Assembly (NCBI RefSeq): GCF_035084215.1
Contig: NC_090362.1
Span: 10,230,001 to 10,294,000 of the forward strand
Direction of reading: 5' to 3'
DNA length: 64,000 nucleotides
Source: Heptranchias perlo
Taxonomy: Eukaryota
Part shown: positions 62,851 to 64,000 of the stretch, piece after piece
How positions within the stretch are numbered: position 1 is the stretch's first letter
Layout of the letters: each line of letters starts with the position of its first letter
The notes under the pieces: generated by a model
What the model was told of the DNA's origin: nothing
What the model saw: the letters and a program-made list of their open reading frames with translations, nothing else
Database searches by the model: none
Made by a program: the position numbers and the translations under genes

Positions 62851-64000
62851 CTATTCAAGAAAGGAGGAGGGGAGAAAACATGGAGCTATAGGCCATTTAG
62901 CCTGACATCAGTAGTAGGGAAAATGCTAGAATTTATTATTAAGGAAGTGGTAACAGGGCACTTAGAAAATCATAATATGAGTAGGCAGAGTCAACATGGC
63001 TTTAAGAATGGGAAATCGTGTTTGACAAATCGATTAGAGTTTTTTGAGGGTGTAACTAACAATATTGTTATGGCGGAAACCAGTGGATGTAATATATTTA
63101 GATTTTCAAAAGCATTCGATAAGAGGTTGTTACACAAAATTTGGGCTCATGGGATTGGGGTTAATTAGCACGGACTGAGGATTGGTTAACGGACAGAAAA
63201 CAGAGTAGAAATAAACGGGTCATTTTCAGGTTGGCAGATTGTAACTAGTGGGATGCCGCAAGGATCGGTGCTCGGGCCTCAGCTATTTACAATCTATATT
63301 AATAACTTAGAAGAAGGGACCAAGTGTAATGTATCCATGATTGCTGAAGATACAAAACTAGGTGGGAAAGTAAGCTGTGAGGAGGAGGCAAAGAGTCTGC
63401 AAAGGAATAGTGACAGGTTAAGTGAGTGGGCAAGAAGGTGGCAGATGGAGTATAATGTGGGGAAATGTGAGGTTATTCACTTTGGTAGGAAAAATAGAAA
63501 AACTGAATTTTTTTTAAATGGTGAGAAACTATTAAATGTTGGTGTTCAGAGGGTTTTGGGTGTTCTTGTACACAAAACACAGAAAGTTGGCCTTTATTGC
63601 AAGGGGGTTGGAGTACAAGAGCAAGGAAGTCTTACTGCAATTGTACAGGACTTTGGTGAGACCACACCTGGCGTACTGTGTACAGTTTTGGCCTCCTTAC
63701 CTAAAGAAGGATATACTTGCCTTAGAGGCGGTGCAACGAAGGCTCACTAGATTGATTCCTCGGATGAGAGGGTTGTCCTATGAGGAAAGATTGAGAATGG
63801 GCCTATACTCTCTGGAGTTTAGAAGAATGAGAGGTGATCTCATTGAAACATATAAGATTCTAAGAGGGCTTGACGGGGTAGATGCTGAGATATTGTTTCC
63901 CCTGGCTGGAGAGTTTTGAACTAGGGGCCATAGTCTCAGGATAAGGGGTCAGACATTTAGGACTGAGATGGGGAGGAATTTCTTCACTCAGAGGTCGTGA
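62843..64000 (+). mobile_element. CR1 RT region running off the window end
   Basis: Motifs SYRPFSLTSVVGKMLE, PQGSVLGPQLFTIYIN and LYRTLVRPHL. Confidence 0.93.

Overview
This is vertebrate nuclear DNA. The repeat content (CR1 and L2 LINEs, Deu-type tRNA-derived SINEs, LF-SINEs, Penelope-type termini) points to a cartilaginous fish such as a shark; that is an inference. Most of the window is decayed, often nested retrotransposon sequence, and most entries in the ORF track are LINE fragments or repeat artefacts. By hand I assembled four minus-strand coding exons (60152-59967, 43400-43291, 25598-25445, 21967-21773). They have canonical GT-AG sites and matching phases, and give a stop-free 214-aa C-terminal portion of a protein I cannot name. 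A CpG island at about 10.2-10.6 kb probably marks the 5' end of a second minus-strand gene. Notable items in the introns: a fossil PIF/Harbinger transposon, a 240-bp palindromic Penelope-derived element with a degenerate hammerhead-like core and a 10-bp target-site duplication, and a 30-bp hairpin whose imperfections are almost all G-U wobbles. Also present are LF-SINE copies and several minisatellites, one containing an inverted unit. There is no CRISPR array or prokaryotic system, and I cannot demonstrate a wholly new biological system. Repeat family names come from recognition, not database searches, and repeat boundaries are approximate.
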